This document shows positions 1 to 10,531 of a DNA stretch of 64,000 nt, piece after piece. The notes beneath the pieces are model-generated. The model was given only the letters and a program-made list of their open reading frames with translations. It did no database searches and was not told the origin of the DNA. The position numbers and the translations under genes are program-made. Position 1 is the first letter of the stretch. Each line of letters starts with the position of its first letter. Source of the stretch: Squalus acanthias (Eukaryota); assembly GCA_030390025.1 (NCBI GenBank), contig CM059433.1, positions 9,052,001 to 9,116,000 of the forward strand, in the 5' to 3' direction.

Positions 1-148
1 TGGGAGAGGGGGAAACAACATCGACATTCTGCAATATGGGTAACTCAGGATTAACAACACCTCTAATGCTTTGTGACACAGCATTAACTTCCCAAAGGTA
101 AGAGTCAAGCAGAGTCGTCAAGTTTACTTAAATTGATATTTTGCCCTT

Positions 149-202
149 TGTTAGAATGTTTTAACATGATTTAAAAAGTCAATCTATTCCAGCATTCCAA
201 CA
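149..202. repeat. ~50-bp hairpin-forming dispersed repeat, copy 1
   Basis: tgttagaatgtttta..atgatttaaaaagtcaatctattccagcattcc, also present at 1705-1756. Confidence 0.8.
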
Positions 203-376
203 ATAATGCTATGATAAAATGGACTCAGGCACAATATTATGGGAAATAAAAGGTCCTCTAAAATAAACAAAATGTGTTAATAGCTGGACCAGGTGGAACG
301 TTTAATCTATCTTAAGTATTCTATTGAACAGTAAAGTTCCTCCAGGGCTCATGAATGAGATAGAATGGTAAATAAT

Positions 377-1118
377 GGCCCAGAAATTAAAGACTGAGTG
401 TTGACGCGGGGGTAAGGCCTTCCCCGCGATCTCTCACTCCGCGTTGGCTTTTTCAGATCCAGCTCGCACGAACTTGATGTTCTAGACATCAGCTGGGCAG
501 TGCTTGCGTATCCCACCGGCGTAGTGAATTCGTGCGAGCTGTGGGATCACGTGACTCAGTTAGAGCCAATGGCAGCACACCATCTTCCATTCATAAGTTT
601 CACATAAGTGCTGTGAAAGCTATGAATCTTACACACCCCCAAAATAACAGCTAAACCTCAATTAAATTAAAAAAAACCATCACATTAATAAAATAAGTAT
701 AGTTAAATAAATTAACCATTTTAAATAAAAAATTAAATTTTTGAAAAAATTTAAAATCTTTTAAAAAGTTATAAAAATAAACTTACCTGTCTTTAAAGTC
801 TCTAAAAAAGATATACCTGTTAAAAAAAATTCAAAATAATACTTAATTCACTACTTACCTTGTTAAAAGTGGGTCTTACTCCTCCTTTTTTCATTTCTAA
901 AATCTTCCGTCCTTACCTGCGCGTCCAAAGCACTAAGTGCACAGCGTGCGCGCAGCCTGTAGCGCTCACGCGGTGCACCGAGGAACCACCCCCTTTTCCA
1001 AAAACCAAGTGCCGGTTTTCAGCGCATGCGCAGTGCATGCAGAAAACCGGCAATTGGTGACAGAATACGCGAGAGTACACAGTGCGTACTCTCGCGTCGC
1101 GGGACTAATTTTTGGGCC
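377..1118. mobile_element. Non-autonomous PIF/Harbinger-like DNA transposon (MITE)
   Basis: TIR ggcccagaaatta / taatttttgggcc, 3-bp TSD AAT on both sides; inverted homologue of 43833-44595. Confidence 0.85.
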
Positions 1119-1692
1119 AATGGGATGTGTAAAACTGAATGAGAGGAAGTGATTGAAGATGCAAGATAGAAACAGGAAAATTACACCATCAAATGGAATT
1201 TTCCTAACATTCTAATGAAAGTCAGGAAAGTGTAGGTGAGAATAGTAAATTGATAGCTTTCTCTTGGAGTTTGTGTGTCCTTGCCTATGAACAATAATAA
1301 AACTGCATTTGATAGCCTGGCTGCTACCTGAGACATCGGGACCATGCAGGGGGAGGTAAGCAAAGATCTCCAGACACCCCCCCCCCAGCCCACGATTTGT
1401 TGATAAGACCACCGGATAGCCCAAGGATGGCTTGTATCAGATGTCACATGTGGCATGATAGAGATACGTGTGTGTGTGCGTGTGCGCGCAAGCAAATGTG
1501 AGGCAACTAGCATGTGGAAATGCATGGTGAATTTGTGAAGAACAGGGCTCAGACATGCTCAGTTAATTGACAACAGCACAACATTTTAAATCATTAAGGC
1601 ACTGACACATGCTCTAAACTGTAAACTCCAACATGAGCCAAGGTAAAGCCAGAAAGAAAGTTAATTGACTCAGTGATTGCTCATTCTGTGTC

Positions 1693-1764
1693 AAAAGGAG
1701 GGAATGTTGGAATGTTTTAGGATGATTTAAAAAAAGTCAATCTATTCCAGCATTCCTTTCTTTT
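1693..1764. repeat. ~50-bp hairpin-forming dispersed repeat, copy 2
   Basis: aaaaggagggaatgttggaat ... attccagcattcctttctttt forms a ~21-bp imperfect stem. Confidence 0.8.
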
Positions 1765-2259
1765 AACATTTTTAGTGGTAGAGCAAATGTGAGAGAAAGG
1801 GAAATCTTCATCTTGTCTCTATATCTGAAGAACAAGGGCAGAGAATGAAAACATCCAGGTCTAGGGAATGGGATAAACATTTGGCCGAAGCACTTACTGT
1901 ACTATAAACAAAACTTGTAGGACAGAGACAAAGGCTGAAAAGATTATAAAGTGGGTAAACACCTAAAAATGCACCATCAGCTAAACGTGCAATCGTATTA
2001 GGCAAGCACAGGCCAAAGTTGTATTATGGTCTAAGAACACAACCAGGTCCCCTTTAAAGCAGAGCGTTCAAGGGTCAGGAGCAATGCAGCTGCGCAGAGG
2101 GCCGAGGGGGCGGGAGCTGGTCACTCAGGACTTCTGTTGTTCTCTGACATCAGAGAGCATGCTCGGAGGTAGCCTGGGAACCAGGTTGTATTATTTGCAT
2201 GCCATTTAATATAAATGGAAGACCAAATCAGCCACTGTAATAAAGCTTGTTATTATAAA

Positions 2260-2445
2260 AAAACACTCGTGCGTGAATCATAAACGGAGTTATTGTCGCC
2301 AGACGAACAACCCTTTGTTGCGATGGAATCCGCTAACACCCTTACTGTTCTCAGTGTTGCTATTGGTGGATACATCCTAAATCCATCAAAAGCACTGCAG
2401 AGAACAGTCCTTCCCGTACCCTTCGGCCTGCAAAATAGAAGCAAC
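2260..2445. repeat. Inverted repeat, arm 1 (pairs with 5359-5554)
   Basis: Its reverse complement aligns to 5359-5554 with about a dozen substitutions and one ~12-nt indel. Confidence 0.95.
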
Positions 2446-2495
2446 TGGAATTTAGGGTGGGTGGCGTATCTTGAACAGCTGGCATTGTAGGACAG
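2346..2495 (-). CDS. Candidate unannotated KIDINS220 cassette exon (LSYNASCSRYATHPKFQLLLFCRPKGTGRTVLCSAFDGFRMYPPIATLRT)
   Basis: Acceptor cttctctgatcttgtgcag|, donor ACA|gtaagg; 150 nt, open in phase 0-0 like the neighbouring cassettes; no homology recognised. Confidence 0.35.
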
Positions 2496-2569
2496 CTGCA
2501 CAAGATCAGAGAAGCCCCCCCCCCCACCATTAGAGAGCAGCTAGTCCAGCTCAGAGCAGCCCTGCACTG

Positions 2570-2676
2570 TGGGAATGCAGGGCCAGGTTTGAGTAGCCAG
2601 CATTGCTGGGAACAGGACTAAGTTTGACCAGCCGGCATCTCTGGAAAGTGGGACCGGGTTTGAGCAGCCAGCGTCT
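2570..2676. repeat. Diverged tandem repeat, 3 units of ~35-37 bp
   Basis: tggRaa..ggRc..RgtttgaS.agccRgcRt recurs at ~2570, ~2607 and ~2642. Confidence 0.75.
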
Positions 2677-3330
2677 TGGTCCAATCGGAAGCAGCTTTTG
2701 TGGAAGAAATGCGGAAGGGAAAAGATTTAATATTGTTAAAACCAATTACAATTTCAAAATTTTGGCACGGATTTCAGCTCTTAAAAAAACATTTATCACG
2801 CCATTTATAATGTAGACTAAGGTTCTATACTCTGGAATTTTGTTTAATTTTAGAGGAAAGGAAAGAAAACTTTGTAGAACTTTCTCGACAGACTAAAATG
2901 TTGAAATGACTGCAGTATGTTACTGGAACATGGAATGTTTCATTACAAGTGGCTATTGATGCAGAAACATCATGTAAAAGTGAATTGGACAAGTATTTGA
3001 AAAGGAAGAATATGGGAAATAGGATTAGAGTAGATAGCTCAAGTTGAAGAGCATGACACACACAGGGATAGATGAACAGACACAGGGACTCGGGAGATGT
3101 ACGAGAGAGATTTTTGCTGAGGTCCTATTCACGTGTTGCAACAGCCCCCAGGATCTTATCTTCTTCGTGTATACGGCCATGCAGTAAGTGTTGGCAGGCT
3201 AAATGCTTTTCAAGCAGGAATCGCTACTTAGCACTCAGGAGTCAGGCTGGTGGTTAGGCTGCCAGAATGGCCTCAGCACCCTAAGTCAAGGAAAGGAAAT
3301 CCACGGTTTCCACATCTGATGACATATTTA

Positions 3331-4546
3331 GGACAAAAGCAAAATACTGCGGATGCTGGAAATCTGAAATAAAAACAGAAAATGCTGGAAATACTCAGCA
3401 GGTCAGGCAGCATCTGTGGAGAGAAACAGAGTTAACGGGCTGGATTTTGATACTGGGGCGGGTTGGGGTCGTGTCATCCACTTTTCGTGTTATCCACCCG
3501 ACTGCAATTGGATGTGGGAGATTGATGCAATTTTCACCTAATTGGGCAATTGAGTTCCAGCATGTGGGAACCCATGACCCAATTAGTGGTTTCAGTCTGA
3601 AAGTCGCCTCTGATGATGTCATCATTGCTGCTGCATTGAAGGTCTTCAGAGACTGCCTGGCCTTTGCTGAGAGGGGACCTGGATGCAAAATGAGCAGCAG
3701 CAGCCCTAAGTCTGCTCCCAGATATTTTTACACCGAGAGAGAGAGAGATCCAGCCAGCCAAATGTGCTCCCGCCAGGTTTCACAATCGTGGTTCAGAACA
3801 GGCGTGCTTCACGTAGAACAAGGGTTAAAATCACAAAGGCCTTTCAAAATGGCATTATAGGGCCAATTTAGTGCTGATCAAGGGCCTTAACAGCCTACCC
3901 CGTCTCTTATAGGCGGGACGGAGTCGGGACCAGCAGACACGATTTAATGAAAATTGCGTGGATGCGGGATGGAGGCGGACTTGTGCCCGCCCGCCAGTTT
4001 TTGCAATTTTAACCCCCCACACGCCTCCAAACCCGCCTCCACGGGTCAATGAAAATCCAGCCCAACGTTTCAGGTCGATGACCCTTCGTCAGAACTGGAA
4101 AAAGTTGGAGACGTAACAGATTTTAAGCAAGTGTAGGGGCAGGGAAAGGGGGAAGGGAGGAAAGAACAAAAGGGAAGGTCTGTGATAGGATGGAAGGCAG
4201 GAGAGATTGAGAGATGGTGCAAGGCAAAAGGAGATAGTAATGGGACAAGTTAAGAAACAAAAGATGGCTCTAGAGAAGTGTAAATGGCGATGGCAGAATG
4301 AACGACAGTTGCCATGTGGGAGAGAGGGGCAGAGGTTATGGTCTGAAATTGTTGAACTCTATGTTGAGTCCAGAAGGCTGTAAAGTGCCTAATCAAAAGG
4401 TGAGGTGCTGTTCCTCGAGCTTACGTTGAGCTTCATTGGAACAGTGCAAGAGGCCGATGAGGTCTGAGTGGGAGTGGAGCGGAGAATTAAAGTGACAGGC
4501 GACCGGAAGCTCGGGGTCACCCTTACGGACTGAACGGAGGTGTTCC
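3331..4546 (-). mobile_element. Penelope-like retroelement 3' fragment (GIY-YIG C-terminus plus pseudo-LTR), interrupted by a MITE
   Basis: Minus strand 4544-4343 reads EHLRSVRKGDPELPVACHFNS...EEQHL..LGTLQPSGLNIEF; the pLTR carries hammerhead core CTGACGA-stem-GAAAC. Confidence 0.85.
3437..4063. mobile_element. PIF/Harbinger-like MITE nested in the Penelope pLTR
   Basis: Perfect 12-bp TIR gggctggatttt / aaaatccagccc, TSD AAC; the uninterrupted site is seen in the pLTR copy near 51010-51030. Confidence 0.9.
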
Positions 4547-5358
4547 TGCTGTAAGCGTGCATGTGTGGACATCAGTCGAGTACAGCATCATGCTCAGCTG
4601 TAACACCTCTGCACAGCCCAATGGCTTAAAGACACCCACTGTCAATGCTCTCACGCAGCTAATGGCCTCTGCAGCAAGACACTATAGAGCAGTCAGTGTC
4701 CAAAGAACCAACAGCAAGAAGTCAACCTTTACCTTGTTTGTGTGTCATTCCCTGGAACAGCTTCTTCAGCTTAGACCTTAAAGCTTATCCATCTTCAATA
4801 TTGCATGTAGCCATTATATTCTGTGCTCACAAAAGCCTGCTGCTTCATTTAGATAAGGTTATGCACGTCTGTCATCAAACCCACAAATATCATCACTTTG
4901 TACATCACTTACAATGATCCATAGGGATTGAGATTGCGAAACAGCTCTGGCATCAAAGTTAAGAATGAACCAACGAGATGTTTTCAAACAGTGTGATAAT
5001 GTAATCAACAGAAGCCTCAATAAGCTGGAATTCAAAAATAATTAAATTTATTTCAAGGCTGACAGTCAATGACTGAATTGAAGTCAGAGTCTGAACTGAA
5101 TAAAAAGTTCTGAAGTATTTATTTAAACCTTTACGAAGTAACGCGCAAGGAGATTTGACTTTAGTATTTTTCCCTTAAAAGGCTGACAACATAGTTAACA
5201 GGCGTTGTGAAAAAGTTATACTCTCCGAAGAAAACCCTACATACCTGTTCAACAGGGTGAGGTAGGACCACATCATCATGTTGGTAACTTTGGAAACCTC
5301 AAATTCTTGAGATAATAGGGGATTTTCCGGTCCGAGGGCAATTTACATCCGAAAGGAG

Positions 5359-5554
5359 GTTGCTTCTATTTTGCAGGCCTAACGGTACGGGAAGGACTGT
5401 GCTCTGCAGTGCTTTTGGTGGATTCAGGATGTATCCACCAATAGCAACACTGAGAACAGTAAGGGTGTTAGCGGATTTCTTCGTGGTCACCGTCGCAACA
5501 AGGAGTTTAGTCTGGCGGCAATAATGCCGTTTATGATTCACGCACGAGTGTTTT
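5359..5554. repeat. Inverted repeat, arm 2 (pairs with 2260-2445)
   Basis: Direct alignment; also visible as the shared peptide SANTLTVLSVAIGGYILNP in ORFs 2293(+) and 5299(-). Confidence 0.95.
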
Positions 5555-6679
5555 GGGTTTTGCATTGACATAAATAGAAGTGTGAGATTTGGATTGGATT
5601 TGTGCAGCAAGCACACTAGTGGCAGGAACCGAAAACCGCATGTTATCATAATTTAAAGTAATGGGCACAATTAAAGGGGAGTGCCAAAATAGGGGGACAA
5701 CATTCTAAAAGCCATCGAAGCTTCAATTGCATCTCTATCCATTAGTAGCCTTGGGCAAGGCTGAACGGGATGGGAACCAACAAGAAACAGGCAAAAATGA
5801 ATCGAAAGGAAACCCCAAGGTGTAGGCACAAGTGTGCATCCAAGTGACTGAGCAGCCCAGTGCCTAGCCCTCTGCTTGATGGATGCTAAAGTGCAGATGA
5901 CGTTGCATGCCGTGATTGTGAGGAGGGTTGCCTTCTCGGCCAGCCCAAGGCACCATCCCCCAAGGCCAAGACTGCAGCATGTCTGCAAGGAGGTGAAGCC
6001 AAGTTTCAGGCTGCAGTTGACCATTACTGTCACTGCGCCAGCCCTTTGCTGCACCGTAGCTCCACGTGTCTGCCCCATTTGTGCGTGCAAATCTGGCAAG
6101 CTGATCAGAAAATCTTCACTCGTGTCTCAGTGTTCCTCCCTCTCCAACCCTCAACCTTGGGTGATGACCTACTCATTTGTATGTACAGGTTGAATGAAAG
6201 AGAGAAACTTCTTTTCCCTCCACACAACCTACACAGTAAACTCTCTTAATAATTGCCTTTGCTTTCAAGTCGTACAGACTACTTAAGTTATTAAAGTGAA
6301 TACAATGGAACCTCAATTAACCAACAAGATGGTAGAACCCCAACCCCAGCAGATACCAGAAACTGACAGATAACCAAGAGTCCCTAGGATACTATACTCT
6401 GCCGTTCTCTCTACCACTCTCCACCAGCTTGCCTCAGCCCTCACCACCAGCACTTTACTGTATTACATTTACTGGAAAGACCTATTATTTGATAACTTCC
6501 CCAAGCAATCCAGCCACCAAGCCCACCACAGAACTGATAGAGCCAGCCAACAATGCTCCTTGTGATGCCAACCATGGTCTCGCAGCTACAGAGACAAGTA
6601 TTATAGGCATTAATGTGCTCATCTCCACCTGTCCCACTGGCAACCTGCACGGCATTGATCTCAGCAGATCAGTAAAGGC

Positions 6680-6960
6680 GAGCATACACGAGCTGTAACA
6701 CCTCCAGAGGTGGCGGGAAGAGGGCACAAAGCTAATGGGCCTATAGTTGCCACAGTCAGTTTTGTCACTATTTTTAAATATCGGCACCATATTCATTTAC
6801 TTTCAGTCCTGCAAAACCTCACTAGGGCCCAATGGTTCCTTCATTGCAATAACTAGTGTCTGGCATATTTCCTCCCTAGTCTCCTTCAAAACCCGAGAAT
6901 GTATGCTATCTGGCCCAGGAATGTGTCTCTCAAATCTCTTCAATTTGTCAGTATGTATGC
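6680..6960 (-). mobile_element. CR1-type LINE RT fragment
   Basis: PGPDSIHSRVLKE and PIFK..DKTDCGNYRPIS motifs. Confidence 0.7.
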
Positions 6961-7977
6961 CACATTTACCCCTAAAATCCTCTAGGATATTGAGCATATT
7001 ACAAAAATTGGATATCAAGTTCATTTTTTTTGTGTGTTTCCCTTATATGTCCCTCGCCTGGTACCTCTAAAGGTTGAGATTTAGCTTCATACTAATGGAG
7101 GTGAAGTCACATCAGGTTCTTATGGAGATTCAAAAATGTCATGATCACTAGGGTAATAAAGCAATTTCAACATTTCTGAATAGTATGGGTATCCATGCCT
7201 CCATTAATATGAAACTGACCCATTCAACATGTGGCATTAGTGTGCTGGGGGTAGGAGGGGGAGGGGAGAGAAAGAGTGGTGGATTAACAGTGTACTACAA
7301 TATTATTACATAGTAACATAGTTTCAGGCAGAAGACCTTCAGACCATCCAGCCACATATCCACAGTATTCCCTTAGTGTATTTCTAATAACCCTAAATCT
7401 GATTTGTTGACAAGAGCATGTCTAGTTCCTTGTTGAAACCCATTAAGTGTTCTTGCTTCACCACCCGTGCCAGAAAAGCATCAGGTCATTTATATTTTTT
7501 AATTATAACTTCAGATCTGATGCACTTAACAAGCCTAGTATCAACTGTGTTACGTGCAATAAACCAGGACAAAGATTACAAATAAAATGTGCTCATATTG
7601 TGTTTGGCTGCATCAGATACTGATCAATAAATGGGAATTTGTTAAAATGAATTTCTTGTAGAGTAACAGGAATTTGCTTTTACGATTTAAGAGGCATTAC
7701 GATACAAGGGTAATTTTTCCAGAAGCTGGTTTTAATAAAGTCTAGTTCCGTGTACTAACCTGAAGCGATGTACAGACCGATTAAGACTACAAAAAGTGAA
7801 GTTTTTGAAATGACTACATTATGGTCAACACCGCAACCACGTAATTCACACCAGTGACAGACAGTGAGGAAGAAAATGAAAATGTTCTTCAAAACGGCCT
7901 TTCTAAGTGGTTAGGTATCATCACAGTGGAAGAAGCAATGAGATGCTACAACTCCACACCACGTGACTACTCATTAC

Positions 7978-8034
7978 CAGTGAGGTGTCTGAGGGGGAAG
8001 GAAGCCCCTCATCAGCAGCCTCCGCGATCACCTC
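7978..8034 (-). CDS. KIDINS220: KIDINS220 cassette exon (EVIAEAADEGLPSPSDTSL)
   Basis: Resembles mammalian EVIKEDAAEGLSSPTDSSR; acceptor ttcttgtcag|, donor |gtaatg; 57 nt, phase 0-0. Confidence 0.9.
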
Positions 8035-9116
8035 CTGACAAGAACAAAAATCACAATTTTGGGTAACAATACAAATACATCAGAGAGCAAATAATGTACA
8101 CCTTGAACTACTGTAAATCTCTTGTTAACATTACATGCAGAGTGGCGAACTGATTTTTTTTTCTGTTTCATGTAACCATTGTTTTTTTTGTGTAACAACT
8201 TTTTAAAAAACATTTATTTAACTTGAACTAAATTAAATAGTACAAACTATTCTGCAATTATTAAACCTCTTAAATTCACAGACTGATCACCACAAATGGA
8301 TGAAAATCCAAAATACCACATCAAAATATGAAGTGGTCAAAGATGACAATGCGGTGAGTCATACAGCCAGTCTGTTTTAGTTGCTATCTTAGTAATTTAA
8401 AATTAATTTTTGTTCCTGATCATTGAAAATGAAAGTTTGGCAGCAGTCCCATGCCACTTGACTTTTCCCCATTCGATTTATATATATTCTATGGCAATTT
8501 ATGTTACTGCTGTTTCATAGAGAATAATAGCTGCCCACGATCAACTGCAAAAAAAAATGTATGCACTCCAAAATAGTTAGTTTACAATTGCTACAGCCAA
8601 AGGGGTATACAAAACCTCAAATCAAAAAGTTCAGCAATTCACCACTGATCATCCAATACAGGTTTTTAACTAACACAATTCAGGTATTCGGAGCAAGAAA
8701 CACAAAGTTTAAAAAAAAACAACAGCCAGCGCTAGGTTAATATGAACAAAGGCGAAGAGTTTGGAATGAAACAAAAAAAGGAGGGAACAACTTTAGCAGA
8801 ATGTGAAAATAAAAAAATCCGTCAGGATTCAGAAAAATAACAAATAACTACTTGTAAAATTAAAATGGGGAGGGGGATACCCCGAAGAAGCAAAACAATG
8901 TTGTATTGTAAAGATACTATTTTGGTGAAAATGTATGGAGAATCGAAGCAGTATTTTTGAAATTGATACTTCATTAATATTTAGTACCAACATTTTATAA
9001 ATCTGTGGTATACCTAGCAGAAGAAAAGTTTCACAATTATACTTAAATGATTTACAAAATATATTCTACATTTTAGTACTACGAAATTCACCCTTTTTTG
9101 CTTTTGCAATACTTAC

Positions 9117-9233
9117 TAGATGACTGTTCTGTTCCCTTGAGAAAGTGGTTTTAGTTGATGAACGTGAGATGGGATGCTGCAAACTGCCTAAGTATTGCCT
9201 TGGCAGGTAACAAATATGAGGGGCAAAATATGG
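9117..9233 (-). CDS. KIDINS220: KIDINS220 cassette exon (PYFAPHICYLPRQYLGSLQHPISRSSTKTTFSREQNSHL)
   Basis: Hand translation resembles mammalian PFFAPYLYTPRYYPGGSQHLISRPSVKTSLPRDQNNGL; acceptor tttccatag|, donor |gtaagt; 117 nt, phase 0-0. Confidence 0.9.
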
Positions 9234-9559
9234 CTATGGAAAAGGAACAGGTGAAAAAAAAAAACAATTTAGGAAAATCCAAATGAAGTCACAAAGAAAA
9301 TAAATACACATAACATGTGACATGACATAGCTAATGTTCCAATTGTAGAATATGTTTACTTCCCAAATCCTGATTCACAATGGATTAAACTTAAAGTAAG
9401 CACTATAAAACAAAGGTAACACATGGTTATAAATTAAATGCGAGGGAAATGACAAATATGAGGATGTTGCAGTGTCAACATACAGAATTTTTTTTTATAT
9501 AAAAGCCTATAGTCACTTTGTAGCTAGTACAATAAAATGATAGATTTTAGTTTACTTAC

Positions 9560-9783
9560 CCGGTTGTAAAATGGATGCTGTTGTCCCACCATGCCACTAT
9601 AATAGTTGCTAGGATGTTGTGGTGACATTACATTACCATTGAATGAAGTTGAGGAGGAGCAGACTGATGGTGCCTGGCTGAACACAGACGCAGCCCGAGG
9701 TGGAGCTTCCTGCAAAGGTAGTGAAGGATAAGGAATTCCTGTGATATTCACAGTGGACATCTGCTCCCTGGCAGCTCGGATAT
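9560..9783 (-). CDS. KIDINS220: KIDINS220 coding exon (DIRAAREQ...proline-rich...QHPFYNR)
   Basis: Within ORF 9524..9820; acceptor ctgcag|AT, donor CGG|gtaagt; 224 nt, phase 1-0. Confidence 0.95.
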
Positions 9784-9929
9784 CTGCAGGCATGAAGAAA
9801 AAGCATGAGCAAAGAACCAATTTTTTAACAACAGCTAATGCTCATAAACACACACATATTTTCAGCAAGAAAAAAAATACATATCAAAAAGTTTTGTGGA
9901 CTCGGCTTGTACCTTAGATATCAGTATTT

Positions 9930-10531
9930 AAGAACATAAGAAATTTGGCCCCTCGAGCCTGCTCCGCCATTCAATAAGATCATGGCTGATCATCGACCTC
10001 AACTCCACTTTCCCGCCCGATCTCCATATCCCTTGATTCCCCTAGAGTCCAAAAATCTATCTATCTCAGCCTTGAATATACTCAAAGACTCAGCATTCAC
10101 AGCCCTCTGGGACAGAGAATTCCAAAGATTCACAACCCTCTGAGTGAAGAAATTCCTCCTCATCTCGGTCTTAAATGGCCGACCCCTTATCCTGAGACTA
10201 TGCCCCCTAGTTGTAGACTCTCCAGCCAGGGGGAAACAACCTCTCAGCATCTACCCTGTCAATCCCCCTCAGAATCTTGTATGTTTCAATGAGATCACCT
10301 CTCATTCTTCTAAACTCCAGAGAGTATAGGCCCATTCTACACAATCTCACATCATAGGACAGCCCTCTCAACCCGGGAATCAATCTAGTGAACATTCATT
10401 GCACCGCCTCCAAGGCAAGTATATCCTTCCTTAGATAAGGAGACCAAGGCCCTGTCCAATTGTAGCAAGACTTCCTTACTCTTATACTCCAACCCCCTTG
10501 CAATAAAGGCCAACATGCCATTTGCCTTCCT
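9930..10531 (-). mobile_element. CR1/HER1-like LINE 3' end
   Basis: RRMRGDLIETYKILRG and RRNFFTQRVVNLWNSL motifs; 3' tail. Confidence 0.9.

Noticed and set aside
460-548. Interleaved stems in the 377-1118 MITE suggesting an HDV-like ribozyme
   Set aside because: The perfect 13-bp pair cagctcgcacgaa/ttcgtgcgagctg is real, but I could not assign the HDV catalytic core and it is not evident in the sister copy.
4733-4776. Possible further cassette exon with donor AAG|gtaaag
   Set aside because: Weak acceptor, no frame-preserving solution and no homology.
7718-7741. Plus-strand EAGFNK resembling a recalled mammalian KIDINS220 micro-exon (DSGFNKQ)
   Set aside because: Wrong strand and too short; probably chance.
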